From positions 1-35,718 of IMG/VR virus record IMGVR_UViG_3300048578_000459: DNA of 35,718 nt. The stretch is one strand, 5' to 3'. Of this stretch, positions 34,594 to 35,718 are shown piece by piece; position 1 is the first letter of the stretch; each line of letters opens with the position of its first letter. The notes beneath the pieces were generated by a model. That model had not been told where the DNA came from. It did not search any database and saw only the letters and a list, made by a program, of their open reading frames with translations. The DNA comes from a virus (lineage: Duplodnaviria; Caudoviricetes). A program made the translations under genes and the position numbers.

Positions 34594-35318
34594 GGCGTCA
34601 CCCTCCGAAAGTCGACGACCCACACCCACGGATTCGCCGCCCACGAGTCGGGCCCGTTGATGCTCTCCCAGAGCGAGCGGAAGAACCTGCGATGCTTCGT
34701 CGCCTCAGCGTGTGCCGTGTCGGAGGCTGACGGGTATCCAACTTCGCGAGGGTCCTCGCGGTCGTCAGGGTCGCAGGGCGTGAAGTCGCGGTCGGCCCCC
34801 TCCGCCTTCGCGTCCTCCTCGCTGATGTCGTTGAGTCGCTCCACGCGCACGCCCGTCACCTCCAGCGTGATGCGGCTGGCCCAGCGCGGCATGTGGATTG
34901 AGGGGCGCCAGCGAATGCCGTCGTCAGGGTCGTCGGCCCAGAGCTGCTCGGCCAGCGGCATCTCGCCATCGGCGCGGTACCACACGGCCACCATCTCGCC
35001 GTCCTCCGGTCGGCACACGATGCGATCACGGTGCTCGCGCGCCGTCGCTTCGTCCGTCGTTGGCTGAAGAAGCGCGTGCGTCTCGCGCACCCACAGCCGG
35101 TCGCCGGGCGTGCCGAAGGGGCACCGCACCCACTCGACATGCGCGGTCGCACCCTGATGCACCTCGCCGCTCTCCCACTCGCCGCGCGCCGCGTCGAACG
35201 CCCACACGTCGGCGCTGTCGAGGTGCGAGCCCTTCACCACGCGCCTGGTCTGCGTCTTCCGCCCGTCGAGGATGGCGCGCACCATCGCGCCGCTGAAGAG
35301 AATCGGTCGCTCAGTCAT
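34590..35318 (-). CDS. ASCH/PUA-like conserved phage protein
   Basis: MTERPILFSGAMVRAILDGRKTQTRR, CPFG..GDRLWVRET, WRPSIHMPRWASRITLEVTGVRVERL.DISEEDAKAEG, W.ANPWVWVV.F. Confidence 0.88.
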   Translation of the reverse strand: MTERPILFSGAMVRAILDGRKTQTRRVVKGSHLDSADVWAFDAARGEWESGEVHQGATAHVEWVRCPFGTPGDRLWVRETHALLQPTTDEATAREHRDRIVCRPEDGEMVAVWYRADGEMPLAEQLWADDPDDGIRWRPSIHMPRWASRITLEVTGVRVERLNDISEEDAKAEGADRDFTPCDPDDREDPREVGYPSASDTAHAEATKHRRFFRSLWESINGPDSWAANPWVWVVDFRRVTP

Positions 35319-35596
35319 GGCGTCACCTCGCACTCATCGCAGCCTTCAACGTTGCACCTGTCCTCGGGCTCCTCGCTCGTGCGCCAGTGCGCGCGCTCGC
35401 CATCAGCACTGACGTGGCCGGGGAAGCCGCACGTGAGGCAGCGCCCGCCGTCGCCGTCCCAGTACAACTCATCGGCGTCGGCGTAGATGGCGACGTCGCC
35501 GCAGTGGTCGCACTCCAGATGCTCAGGCCACCTAGCGGGCGTGACGCGCAGCTCGGCGGCGGGGCGGGAAGCGTGTTCGGGGTAGAGCGCGGTCAC
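35315..35596 (-). CDS. Cys-rich hypothetical protein
   Basis: GGAGG RBS; CDHC, CLTC and C....C..C motifs. Confidence 0.7.
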   Translation of the reverse strand: MTALYPEHASRPAAELRVTPARWPEHLECDHCGDVAIYADADELYWDGDGGRCLTCGFPGHVSADGERAHWRTSEEPEDRCNVEGCDECEVTP

Positions 35597-35718
35597 GACT
35601 TGCCTCCCACGAGCGCGTCGATGTCGATGGCGTTGGGGGTCCTGCCCTTGGCGATTTGAGCAAGCACCACCTCCCGCACCCGCTCCGCAATCGCACGGTC
35701 CCGCGCGGCCAGCCAGTC
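35593..35718 (-). CDS. partial CDS, 3' end only (runs off the window)
   Basis: Open frame ...DWLAARDRAIAERVREVVLAQIAKGRTPNAIDIDALVGGKS* with GTGA coupling to the next gene. Confidence 0.6.
   Translation of the reverse strand, partial: DWLAARDRAIAERVREVVLAQIAKGRTPNAIDIDALVGGKS

Overview
The whole 35.7-kb window is one GC-rich tailed-phage (or prophage) segment with a podovirus-like, BPP-1/T7-type virion module. Cys-rich exported proteins with PDGG/DAG motifs hint at a myxobacterial host (inference). Layout: (1) 1-7416, a rightward, translationally coupled replication/regulation operon (HNH, two DNA methyltransferases, replication initiator with internal iterons, RusA-like resolvase, sigma factor); (2) 7456-27143, packaging, head, tail and ejection proteins, with an initiator-like tRNA carrying a UAC anticodon inside the head operon; (3) an antisense exported-protein gene, a tail fibre, three exported Cys-rich proteins and a lysis cassette; (4) 33433-35718, the end of a leftward early operon. 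Top candidate for a new system: the ~2400-aa ejection-type virion protein carries tandem GGDEF-like nucleotide-cyclase domains (one degenerate, one SGDEY, both with Asn at the guanine-specificity Asp). A hidden 55-codon +1-frame gene with its own RBS is nested at the end of this module, suggesting an injected signalling enzyme plus a dedicated inhibitor. Also notable: a 4-copy bipartite promoter motif placed for leaderless late transcripts, and an unannotated beta-strand ORF with no canonical start after the holin-like gene. All functional calls come from motif recognition by eye; no database searches were run.
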